A stretch of 32,000 bases of DNA, from assembly GCA_963718585.1 (NCBI GenBank), contig OY970357.1:960001-992000 (forward strand), written 5' to 3'. A program made the position numbers and the translations under genes. This document shows, one piece after another, positions 1 through 7,109 of this stretch. The notes beneath the pieces were generated by a model, which did no database searches, was not told the DNA's origin, and saw only the letters and a program-made list of their open reading frames with translations. Each line of letters begins with the position of its first letter. Position 1 is the first letter of the stretch. Source of the DNA: Candidatus Saccharimonadota bacterium (GTDB lineage: Bacteria > Patescibacteriota > Patescibacteriia > 2-12-FULL-60-25).

Positions 1-1123
1 CGAGGACCGCCGTGCCGTAGAGTGCCAACAGGATGAATGGGACTGCGAGGAGCTTGCGCACCCCATTGCCCCAGATCACCGCAGCGAGCGCTCCCAACAG
101 GACCGTCCCACAGATCATGGCCAGCGTCTCAGCGCTCGTCAGTTGATGGATCCAGTTGAGCCCATCATGGAACCCGCCGAGAATGGACAAGGTCCCGAGC
201 TGGAGATCCCTGAAGAGGACATCCACGAACTGCTCCGCGTCCGGAATGAAGATGACGAGCCCGTCGAACCCTAGCAGGACGAAGCACAGGACCTCGAAGT
301 AGGCCGCCGACTTTCGACGGCGCTCCGACGTATCCACGCCTTCGGATTCGAGATTCCCCCACGCCATGGCCGTGACAGCCGCGACGATGAAGGAGAACCC
401 GAGGACCACCGGGTACGGCATGAGGATCCCAAGGGCGATGACCGGATAGAGCGCGCGATTGATCTTGCGCTTCCCGTTCTTGACCCACGGCACCCACCGT
501 TCCTGGTCGGCGATGTTCACGTCGGGGAGGGGCTTCTTGTCCTTGGTGACCCAGTTCATGGCGAACCGGACCACCACGTTCGAGCTCCCCTCAGCCAGGT
601 CGATACCCAGCGCCGCCAAACGAGCCATGACCTCCAATGTCGCGAAAACGATGTCTCGCGCCATGAAGAGGAACAAGGCCCCGATGACAGCATGCGCACG
701 ATTGTGTGCTGCAACGCCTCCGACGAACTCCCACAGTCCGAAAACTGCGAAAGAGAGCACCGGAATCGTCAAAAGGGGCGATAGGCGAAACTCCTCACGA
801 GGCCGCAGACGATTGACGAGGACAGCGATGACCCCGACGACCGCAATGAGCACCGAGACGAGGATGACCCACCACGTGCCACTGACGCAGCTCAGCACGA
901 CTCCGACGGCGAGCAAGAGGGCAACGAGCACGGAGAGTGTCCTGAGAACGGGAACGACCGTCTCGTACCAGACATCCCGCATGATCTCGCTGACATTCTC
1001 TGCAGTCTCTCCGAGCCGGTTACGGATCGCTGTCAGGACCACTCCGAATCCGAAGTGGTTGGCTGCGGCGACGAAAACGACAAACGCGACGATCGCCGCG
1101 ATGCTAACGAGGATCAGATGCAT
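1..1123 (-). CDS. Multi-pass integral membrane protein, unknown function; partial (C-terminal end lies beyond the window start)
   Basis: Absent from the supplied ORF track because it has no in-window stop. My own translation of the minus strand from ATG 1123..1121 reads MHLILVSIAAIVAFVVFVAAANHFGFGVVLTAIRNRLGETAENVSEIMRDVWYETVVPVLRTLSVLVALLLAVGVVLSCVSGTWWVILVSVLIAVVGVIAVLVNRLRP... I checked every in-frame triplet down to nt 2 and found no stop (at least 374 codons). Several 20-40 aa hydrophobic stretches look like TM helices. It starts 3 nt after the stop of the upstream CDS (1127), so it is probably co-transcribed. No family recognised. Confidence 0.7.
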   Translation of the reverse strand, partial: MHLILVSIAAIVAFVVFVAAANHFGFGVVLTAIRNRLGETAENVSEIMRDVWYETVVPVLRTLSVLVALLLAVGVVLSCVSGTWWVILVSVLIAVVGVIAVLVNRLRPREEFRLSPLLTIPVLSFAVFGLWEFVGGVAAHNRAHAVIGALFLFMARDIVFATLEVMARLAALGIDLAEGSSNVVVRFAMNWVTKDKKPLPDVNIADQERWVPWVKNGKRKINRALYPVIALGILMPYPVVLGFSFIVAAVTAMAWGNLESEGVDTSERRRKSAAYFEVLCFVLLGFDGLVIFIPDAEQFVDVLFRDLQLGTLSILGGFHDGLNWIHQLTSAETLAMICGTVLLGALAAVIWGNGVRKLLAVPFILLALYGTAVL

Positions 1124-1126
1124 CTC

Positions 1127-2050
1127 TTACCACCTCTTCTTCTTGTTGAGTTCGATGCGCGCACGGCGCGCTTGACGTCGTTGTTCCGCGGCAGTTGGCG
1201 TGCCGCCCGCCTGTGCAGGTGCACCTTGGGCAGCTTCCGCCGCTTGTTTCATACCTGGATCTATCATCTCGGCGATCGCTTGCGCATTCGCGGCAGGATT
1301 TTCCAAGAAATCCTTGAGGGACTTCTCCGCCTTTGGCACGATCGCATGCGTGATGCGCTTGCCGATGTTGAGGATCGAGCCGAGACTCGCGGGAGCGGTA
1401 GGCGGCTTCCCGTACAGTGCCTCGAGATAGCTGAGGCGCTGATCATTCTCCTGGGCGATGAAGGCCGAGAGGGCGATCATGTCATTGAGCTTCGGCCGGT
1501 AGAAGTCGAACTTCTTCCGGTCGTCTGCGCTCAAGCCACCGAGCCACACCAGCAGACGCTGGCGATCCGTAGCCGCAAGACGCGGAACAAGCTGAGCGAA
1601 CGTGAACTTACTCATCCGAGCCCCGAGATTTCCCTGGACCTGGACGAGGGCTTTATCCACGTCGTTTTCGGTCAACCTGCCACGCTGGACATAGCCCTGG
1701 CGTACACCTTCGATGAGATCGTCGAGCGCCTCATCGATGATGCCGTTGACCTCGGGCGGCAACCCGGCTTGTCGAAGATACTTCTTCAGGACTTCCGGGT
1801 TCTGGATCCAGGCTGCTAGAGCCGGGAATACCATGCCGCTCACCGTTGCTTTGCCGAACGCGGTCTCGAGGAACCCGGTGAGGGTCGAGACCCAGCCGAT
1901 GTCAAAGCCGCGACGACCGATGTCGTTCGAGATCATGCTGACGAAGTTCTTGAACATCCGCCAACTGAACTTACTATCCGACGCGACGTCGATCACTTTG
2001 GGATTGTTTCCCTTCCGCCTGTTACCGTCGGAAGGCGTGGTATCTGCCAT
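1127..2050 (-). CDS. Hypothetical protein, 307 aa, no recognisable family
   Basis: ORF track 1127..2050. The ATG is preceded by GGAGAAGGA (SD-like) 6 nt upstream and by a consensus promoter at 2156..2184. No TM segment. The sequence looks helical, with a basic tail (...AAEQRRQARRARIELNKKKRW). Confidence 0.65.
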   Translation of the reverse strand: MADTTPSDGNRRKGNNPKVIDVASDSKFSWRMFKNFVSMISNDIGRRGFDIGWVSTLTGFLETAFGKATVSGMVFPALAAWIQNPEVLKKYLRQAGLPPEVNGIIDEALDDLIEGVRQGYVQRGRLTENDVDKALVQVQGNLGARMSKFTFAQLVPRLAATDRQRLLVWLGGLSADDRKKFDFYRPKLNDMIALSAFIAQENDQRLSYLEALYGKPPTAPASLGSILNIGKRITHAIVPKAEKSLKDFLENPAANAQAIAEMIDPGMKQAAEAAQGAPAQAGGTPTAAEQRRQARRARIELNKKKRW

Positions 2051-2155
2051 TACGTATCCTTCTCCCCAGATGTGGGGGTTTTGAGTGTTTATAAACTGTC
2101 GAAGGGCTGTTCCCGGGGTTCAGGTCCGTAGATCTGATACGCCAAAGAACGTATG

Positions 2156-2184
2156 AATATAGCACAAATATGCCATTTTGTCAA
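2156..2184 (-). promoter_or_regulatory. Sigma70-type promoter: -35 TTGACA (2184..2179), 17-nt spacer, -10 TATATT (2161..2156)
   Basis: Read directly on the minus strand: TTGACAAAATGGCATATTTGTGCTATATT. It sits 9 nt downstream of the GT2 stop codon and about 100 nt upstream of the 307-aa CDS start. Confidence 0.7.
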
Positions 2185-2193
2185 TGGAGGTAC

Positions 2194-2940
2194 TTACATC
2201 TTTTTCGCTGTATTGAGCCGAAAAAGACGGTACCGTATTTTGGCTAAACCCAGCAGAAAATCCCACCCATCTCGCCAAATGAGCAACGCACTCCGACGGG
2301 CCGGATCCCGATGCTCCACCCATTGGACCGGGATCTCCCGGATGTTCAGCTCTGCGGCATTGGCCAATGCTAAGAGCTCGGTATCGAATAACCACCCATT
2401 CTCCTGGCACGTCGGGAGGAGTTGTGCGGCCGCATGACGTGAAATGGCTTTGAACCCGCATTGAGCATCTTGGACCGGGAGCCGGAGGATGCTCCGTTGA
2501 AGCACCCGGTATAAACGGGACAGAACCTCCCGATGTGCCCTTCGTTTGGTCCGTGCGCCTGACACGAAGCGCGACCCGCAAACGACATCCGCGTCTCCGG
2601 ATCGAATGGGCTCGATCAGGTCCGACAATGCCCCGAGGTCCGCGGCAAGATCCGCGTCCATGAACACAAGAATGTCCGCCCCATCCACATGCGCCATCCA
2701 TGAAGTTCGGATCGCGCGCCCTTTCCCCGCATCAGGGATCTGTCTGAGGTAGAGGTCTGATTCGATCCACTGGAGTGCTTGGACGATATCGGCCGTTCGA
2801 TCTGTGCTGCCATTGTCTACGACCTCGATCCGGACCGCGTCATCAGGAAGGCGTTGGAGGATGGCATCATGCAAGATCTCAAGTGAACGACGGATGATCG
2901 TCGCTTCGTTCCAGACGGGGAGGGTGATGAGGATGCGCAT
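2194..2940 (-). CDS. Family-2 glycosyltransferase (GT-A fold), polyprenol-phosphate sugar synthase-like (DPM1/GtrB-like)
   Basis: ORF track, 248 aa. N-terminus MRILITLPVWNEATIIRRSLEILHDA...VVDNGSTDRTADIV and the FMDADLAADL (DxD) motif are typical of GT2 enzymes. Its start is 3 nt after the stop of the GT-C gene. Confidence 0.8.
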   Translation of the reverse strand: MRILITLPVWNEATIIRRSLEILHDAILQRLPDDAVRIEVVDNGSTDRTADIVQALQWIESDLYLRQIPDAGKGRAIRTSWMAHVDGADILVFMDADLAADLGALSDLIEPIRSGDADVVCGSRFVSGARTKRRAHREVLSRLYRVLQRSILRLPVQDAQCGFKAISRHAAAQLLPTCQENGWLFDTELLALANAAELNIREIPVQWVEHRDPARRSALLIWRDGWDFLLGLAKIRYRLFRLNTAKKM

Positions 2941-2943
2941 GGA

Positions 2944-4530
2944 TCAATTCGGGGGTACATGGTTCGTCGATGACGCAGTGACGAGAAAGGCCGCGCTATC
3001 TGTGGCGTCTGCGATCCGCACATACCGCGGATCTTGGAGGATCCGATCCAAGAAGACCTGATGATGTGCTTTGCTCACAAAGACGAAACGCGCATGCAGT
3101 CCATCATGGATGAGCGCCCAGGTCTGATCTTGGGTCGACGTTGAAAGATCCCATGTCACATCGCGGACCTGATCAGACAACGTCGATGATGCGACAAAGA
3201 GAAACGTCGGGTCCAGTCCGGAAACGTACCGGAGACGATCGTCCGCCGCAAACAGAGGGGGAAATTCATCCCAATCTGTATGGAAGACGCGATCTCCGGG
3301 TCGCGCACGTTCTGAGATGGCGTCCATGCTCACCTGGTAGACCGTGTCCGGGTATCGGATGGGATGAAACGATCGCCAAAGGATCTCCACCTGCCTTCCG
3401 AGGAGCAACAGGACGGCACTGACCACCGCGCTCACCATGAACCAACGAAGGACCGGTTGCATGGAACTGAGCATCTTTTGATAGGAATCCCGAAATCGCT
3501 GCACGTCGACCAATGACCAGATCGCTGCGGTCCAGATGGCCGCGACCGGGATCAAATACTCGATGGATCGTTGGCTTTTCAGGGTCAGGGCGAGAAAGAC
3601 AGCGACGACCCAACCGAATGATGCGACGAACCGCGCGATCTCCGATGCGAATGGCCGACGTGGTGCAAGCGCGATGCCTGCGCATCCAAGGATCAAAAGG
3701 AGGAGCCAAGGGGCGGTCATGACGACGAGCTGACCCGGACCGATCGGCAGCCACTCGGACCCAAGGACCACGTGACCGTACGGCGTCCCAAGGCCGATGG
3801 TCACGATCTGTGTCCATGAGAGTTTGAAGATGTTCAGAGCATTGGGATGCGCAAGAAGACCGACGACTCCGCCGACCAAGACCGACCCGATCTCGCGCCA
3901 ACGCGTTTGGACGACAGCCCGCCTCAATGGAACGTTCTCGACGATCATCTCATACAGAACATCCCCAAAAGTAAGCAGGATGGCGGCTCCGGCGAGAAAC
4001 GGCCAGCCCGCATACGAAAAAGCGAAGGCAGATCCAACGAGACCGGACAAGACCCAACGCCGCTTCCACACGGCGAGGATGCCGAGCAAGAACCAGATGA
4101 GCGCCAGCGGAGTCGCCTTCCCGATGGTGAGACGAAAGAGGAACGGTTCTGAAAAAAGAAGGACCGCGACCCACAACAATGCATATCGAAAACGAAGACG
4201 ACGGACAACAAGATCGAAGACCGTGAGACAGAGCCCGACGAGGACCACTGAGGCGATCCGTGATCCATTGAACAGCCCAAAAACCGCGGTAAACGGTGCG
4301 ACGAAAAGATGGAAACCGAAATGGAGGTCTGCGAAGGTCTGACCAAAAGAGGTCAGATCCAGCCATGGAAAGCTCTTCAGGGGCCCATGCGCCCAGATGA
4401 GCGCCGCCATCTTCGCATGATAGAACGCATCCGGGTCCGCAAAACCCGTCCACGAAATGAAGAGGGACGCCCACGCCGACGCCACTGCCCAGATCCCAAT
4501 GGATCGCTTCCACGTCTTCAACCAGCTCAT
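2944..4530 (-). CDS. GT-C superfamily integral-membrane glycosyltransferase (ArnT/PMT/STT3-like), 528 aa
   Basis: ORF track 2944..4566, whose first codon is GTG. I prefer ATG at 4530 (MSWLKTWKRSIGIWAVASAW...). Roughly 12 hydrophobic segments are followed by a ~130-aa soluble C-terminal domain. An acidic first-loop motif ADPDAFYH lies at 4417..4440, and TDWDEF at 3262..3279. Pairing with a GT2 gene is the classic lipid-carrier glycosylation arrangement. Confidence 0.6.
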   Translation of the reverse strand: MSWLKTWKRSIGIWAVASAWASLFISWTGFADPDAFYHAKMAALIWAHGPLKSFPWLDLTSFGQTFADLHFGFHLFVAPFTAVFGLFNGSRIASVVLVGLCLTVFDLVVRRLRFRYALLWVAVLLFSEPFLFRLTIGKATPLALIWFLLGILAVWKRRWVLSGLVGSAFAFSYAGWPFLAGAAILLTFGDVLYEMIVENVPLRRAVVQTRWREIGSVLVGGVVGLLAHPNALNIFKLSWTQIVTIGLGTPYGHVVLGSEWLPIGPGQLVVMTAPWLLLLILGCAGIALAPRRPFASEIARFVASFGWVVAVFLALTLKSQRSIEYLIPVAAIWTAAIWSLVDVQRFRDSYQKMLSSMQPVLRWFMVSAVVSAVLLLLGRQVEILWRSFHPIRYPDTVYQVSMDAISERARPGDRVFHTDWDEFPPLFAADDRLRYVSGLDPTFLFVASSTLSDQVRDVTWDLSTSTQDQTWALIHDGLHARFVFVSKAHHQVFLDRILQDPRYVRIADATDSAAFLVTASSTNHVPPN

Positions 4531-4569
4531 TCCATCGAGCGTATCACGCGAACCCGGAGATAACACAAT

Positions 4570-4615
4570 CCCCCGGACATGCCGGGGGATCGTCTGTTCG
4601 TTGCGCAGCGAACGG
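4570..4615 (-). terminator. Two stem-loops between the pilin-like array and the GT-C gene; possible terminator or attenuator
   Basis: Minus strand, directly after the TAG stop at 4618: CGTTCG-ctgcgcaa-CGAAC (4596..4613), then CCCCCGG-catgt-CCGGGGG (4570..4588), followed by ATTGTGTTAT. There is no clean U-tract, so this is weak as an intrinsic terminator. Confidence 0.35.
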
Positions 4616-4617
4616 TA

Positions 4618-5004
4618 CTATTGTGTCGCGTTGATGAGGGAACCGAGGACGAAGTTGGAGATGGCGAAAGCCGCGACGATCACGACCAGCCCGATGATGG
4701 ACTGACGAATGATGTTCTGCGCCTTTTCGACATTCCCCTTCTCGCCTTGCGCGGTCATCCAAAGGAACCCGGCATAGATGAGAAGAACCAGGAAAACGAT
4801 GCCGAGGAACCCGAGGAGAACGTTGATGATATTCCCGATGATCGCAGGAAGGCTGGTCTGTGTCCCGACGCCAGCATTCTGCTGGACCGTCTTGATATCG
4901 TTCAGACCGCGCCCGAGTGCGCCACCGGATTGGGCGAATGCCGCGAACGGGGCGAATGCCGCGGCCGCGAGCCCAAGCCAATAGGTTTTCTTCAGGAGCT
5001 TCAT
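4618..5004 (-). CDS. TrbC/VirB2-like (T4SS-pilin-like) small membrane protein, paralogue 1 (128 aa)
   Basis: The ORF track ORF starts at a TTG (5058) that overlaps the upstream gene. ATG at 5004 gives MKLLKKTYWLGLAAAAFAPFAAFA/QS, a classic signal peptide. The C-terminal half, IIGNIINVLLGFLGIVFLVLLIYAGFLWMTAQGEKGNVEKAQNIIRQSIIGLVVIVAAFAISNFV, is two TM helices around a short polar loop. That is the VirB2/TrbC pilin layout. Confidence 0.75.
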   Translation of the reverse strand: MKLLKKTYWLGLAAAAFAPFAAFAQSGGALGRGLNDIKTVQQNAGVGTQTSLPAIIGNIINVLLGFLGIVFLVLLIYAGFLWMTAQGEKGNVEKAQNIIRQSIIGLVVIVAAFAISNFVLGSLINATQ

Positions 5005-5041
5005 AGGAGTGATAAGTGAATCTGCACGAATAGTCTCTGCG

Positions 5042-5461
5042 TTAGGCACCCGGGGCAATAGCGGTACTCAGACGATCGATCACCGTATATGCGATGGCAT
5101 TGGCCGTGACGATGATCACGAGACCGATGACGGCATTACGGATCGTCGCGACTGCTTTATCGACCTTCCCTTTATCACCACCCGCCGTCATCCAGAGGAA
5201 CCCCCCGTACACGAGGTATCCGAGGAGCAGGATGCCGAGGAACGAGATCAGCACATTGAGGATATTCCCAATGATGGCTGGCAGCTGATCTGCCGACGCC
5301 GGTTGAGCTCCGTATCCAGCGGCTGCGGCATTCAAGCCGGATTGGATGCGCGACGTTACGCTCTGTGCCGAAGCCGGGAGCGCAAACACGAGGACCGCAC
5401 TGGCGATGATGCCGGTGCAGACCGTGGCGTGGAAAAAAGAAGTGATACGCGTTGCCTTCAT
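5042..5461 (-). CDS. TrbC/VirB2-like (T4SS-pilin-like) small membrane protein, paralogue 2 (139 aa)
   Basis: ATG start. Signal peptide ...VLVFALPASA/QS. Conserved core IIGNILNVLISFLGILLLGYLVYGGFLWMTAGGDKGKVDKAVATIRNAVIGLVIIVTANAIAY. Confidence 0.8.
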   Translation of the reverse strand: MKATRITSFFHATVCTGIIASAVLVFALPASAQSVTSRIQSGLNAAAAGYGAQPASADQLPAIIGNILNVLISFLGILLLGYLVYGGFLWMTAGGDKGKVDKAVATIRNAVIGLVIIVTANAIAYTVIDRLSTAIAPGA

Positions 5462-5467
5462 ACATGT

Positions 5468-5489
5468 GGGAAGGACCGATGTCCTTCCC
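5468..5489 (-). other. Perfect 9-bp stem-loop (GGGAAGGAC-nnnn-GTCCTTCCC) in the paralogue 3 / paralogue 2 intercistronic gap
   Basis: Read directly. The hairpin ends 6 nt upstream of the ATG of paralogue 2 (5461). No U-tract follows it on the minus strand. Confidence 0.5.
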
Positions 5490-5501
5490 GCGATGGAATG
5501 A

Positions 5502-5894
5502 CTATGACTGGGTGGCAGTAACTAGTCGTGAGATCACGAAGCTCGTGATGGCCCACGCGGAAAGAATGATTGCGAGACCGATGATACCCGAAACAATGAG
5601 TTTGCGAGCTTCGGCTGTCTTGTCTTCGTTCCCACCGGCGATCATATACTTGAATCCGCCGAGAAGCACGATGACGACGGCGATGATCCCGAGGAATCCG
5701 AGAGCGACGTTGATGATCTGCGCGGCTGTCTGGCGGACATCGCCAGACCCGAGCTTGATCGAGGACTGAATGGCTCCGACCCCGAGGTCGTTGGCGTTAA
5801 GTGAATCCGCCTGAGCGTAAACTGGAAGTGCGACAGACAAAGCGAGACCCAAGGTCCCGATCAATCCGACGGCTTTCTTCATGCGTTGCGTCAT
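5502..5894 (-). CDS. TrbC/VirB2-like (T4SS-pilin-like) small membrane protein, paralogue 3 (130 aa)
   Basis: The ORF track start at 5915 is a TTG lying inside the sequence AAAGGAGGTGAGCATGAA. That sequence is itself a strong Shine-Dalgarno (GGAGG at 5909..5905) for ATG 5894 (MTQRMKKAVGLIGTLGLALSVALPVYA/QA). Core: QIINVALGFLGIIAVVIVLLGGFKYMIAGGNEDKTAEARKLIVSGIIGLAIILSAWAITSFV. Confidence 0.8.
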   Translation of the reverse strand: MTQRMKKAVGLIGTLGLALSVALPVYAQADSLNANDLGVGAIQSSIKLGSGDVRQTAAQIINVALGFLGIIAVVIVLLGGFKYMIAGGNEDKTAEARKLIVSGIIGLAIILSAWAITSFVISRLVTATQS

Positions 5895-5983
5895 TTCATG
5901 CTCACCTCCTTTCAATGTGGGTTACACGCGCCTGCGTGATGGGGAAAGGATACCAGACGGCCATGCACGCGTCGAGCGATCTG

Positions 5984-6370
5984 TCACGCAGCAATACCCC
6001 CGAATACACTGATGAGACTCGAGACGATGATGTATGCCCCAAGGACGATCATGATCCCGATGATGGCATTGGTCAGGGTCTTGGTCGCGGCTTTGACCTT
6101 CTGAGAATCGCCCCCGGCCGTGAGATATCGTGCTCCGCCCCAAATGAACATCAGGAGGAACAATGCGCCAATGAGGGGCAGGGCCTGGAGGATGATCCGG
6201 TTGATGAGCTGGGGCACGGACAGACCGCCAAGGGGATCCAATCCCGTGGATTTTCCGAGGGCGGCGAGATCATCCGCCGAAAGTGCCGCATTCGCCGCAG
6301 ACGGCTGGATCGCAGACGCAACAAAAGCCAAGAGGAGACCGAGGAATGTTTGTAGCCGTTGCGATGACAT
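5984..6370 (-). CDS. TrbC/VirB2-like (T4SS-pilin-like) small membrane protein, paralogue 4 (128 aa)
   Basis: ATG start. Signal peptide MSSQRLQTFLGLLLAFVASAIQPSAANA/AL. Core: LINRIILQALPLIGALFLLMFIWGGARYLTAGGDSQKVKAATKTLTNAIIGIMIVLGAYIIVS. Confidence 0.8.
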   Translation of the reverse strand: MSSQRLQTFLGLLLAFVASAIQPSAANAALSADDLAALGKSTGLDPLGGLSVPQLINRIILQALPLIGALFLLMFIWGGARYLTAGGDSQKVKAATKTLTNAIIGIMIVLGAYIIVSSLISVFGGIAA

Positions 6371-6381
6371 GGGAGGGTGGG

Positions 6382-7104
6382 TTACTTTGCTGGAGCCTGT
6401 AGGAGCAGACTGAAGTACACATTCGTGATCGTATATGCGAACAGGATAATGAGGACCCCGAGCGCCGCGTACTTCATGGTGTCCACGGACTTCTTGACGC
6501 GATCACTGCTCCCGGCCGTCATGTACATCACACCAGCGTAGAAAAAGGCGAGAAGCGCGATCGCGCCTACCATGCCGAGGAACGCCAAAATAATACGATT
6601 GATCGCACCAATGATCCCGATCCCATGGAGCGGATCCGTCAGCTTGATGGGTTGGATGGCGACGTTTGAGACATCGCCGGCCTTTGACGTCACACAACAC
6701 AACGGCGTAAGCAGTTGATCCGGACAAGCTCCAGACTGAAACTCGTTACTTTTTGGATCACAGACCGTCTTACATTTTCCGCCACCCTTTTCACATGCCG
6801 TCGCAGAAGCTGCGACGCCAGTCGGATTTCCCGAGGTCTTCGCACTATGTCCGGGTTGGAGCTTCTGTTTCGTACAGCATACTCCTCCGATAGGATGTAG
6901 CGGATATGAAGGTTCACATATCCCGACCTCCTGCTCACCTGCACTTTCATCGCACGAAAAATCACAGCTGCCGGCGTTGAGATTTATGCAATCATCACGC
7001 GTTAATGCGAGTGCGCGATGTACGGGTTGGACGACCCCATACAACCCGACAACGATGCTGACGAAGAGCAATGCGCGTATGGGCCGAATAAGATGACGTG
7101 ACAT
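6382..7104 (-). CDS. TrbC/VirB2-like membrane protein, paralogue 5, with a duplicated 6-Cys N-terminal ectodomain (240 aa)
   Basis: The ORF track ORF extends to 7218, overlapping the upstream gene. ATG 7104 (MSRHLIRPIRALLFVSIVVG...) lies 5 nt after the upstream stop. The mature N-terminus carries two copies of C-x6/7-C-x3-C-x11-C-x8/12-CC (6694..6990). The C-terminus has the family core IIGAINRIILAFLGMVGAIALLAFFYAGVMYMTAGSSDRVKKSVDTMKYAALGVLIILFAYTITN. Confidence 0.75.
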   Translation of the reverse strand: MSRHLIRPIRALLFVSIVVGLYGVVQPVHRALALTRDDCINLNAGSCDFSCDESAGEQEVGICEPSYPLHPIGGVCCTKQKLQPGHSAKTSGNPTGVAASATACEKGGGKCKTVCDPKSNEFQSGACPDQLLTPLCCVTSKAGDVSNVAIQPIKLTDPLHGIGIIGAINRIILAFLGMVGAIALLAFFYAGVMYMTAGSSDRVKKSVDTMKYAALGVLIILFAYTITNVYFSLLLQAPAK

Positions 7105-7109
7105 ACCGT

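Noticed and set aside
459-1819. Plus-strand ORFs 459..1175 (238 aa) and 1055..1819 (254 aa)
   Set aside because: They lie antisense to the membrane-protein CDS (1..1123) and the 307-aa CDS. Their translations are low-complexity and Arg/Thr/Ser-rich with no start context. These are typical shadow ORFs of GC-rich coding DNA.
2120-2701. 193-aa minus-strand ORF overlapping the GT2 gene in another frame and running across the promoter
   Set aside because: The GT2 frame has clear family motifs. This alternative frame is Gly/Arg/Pro-rich and would span the TTGACA-N17-TATATT promoter.
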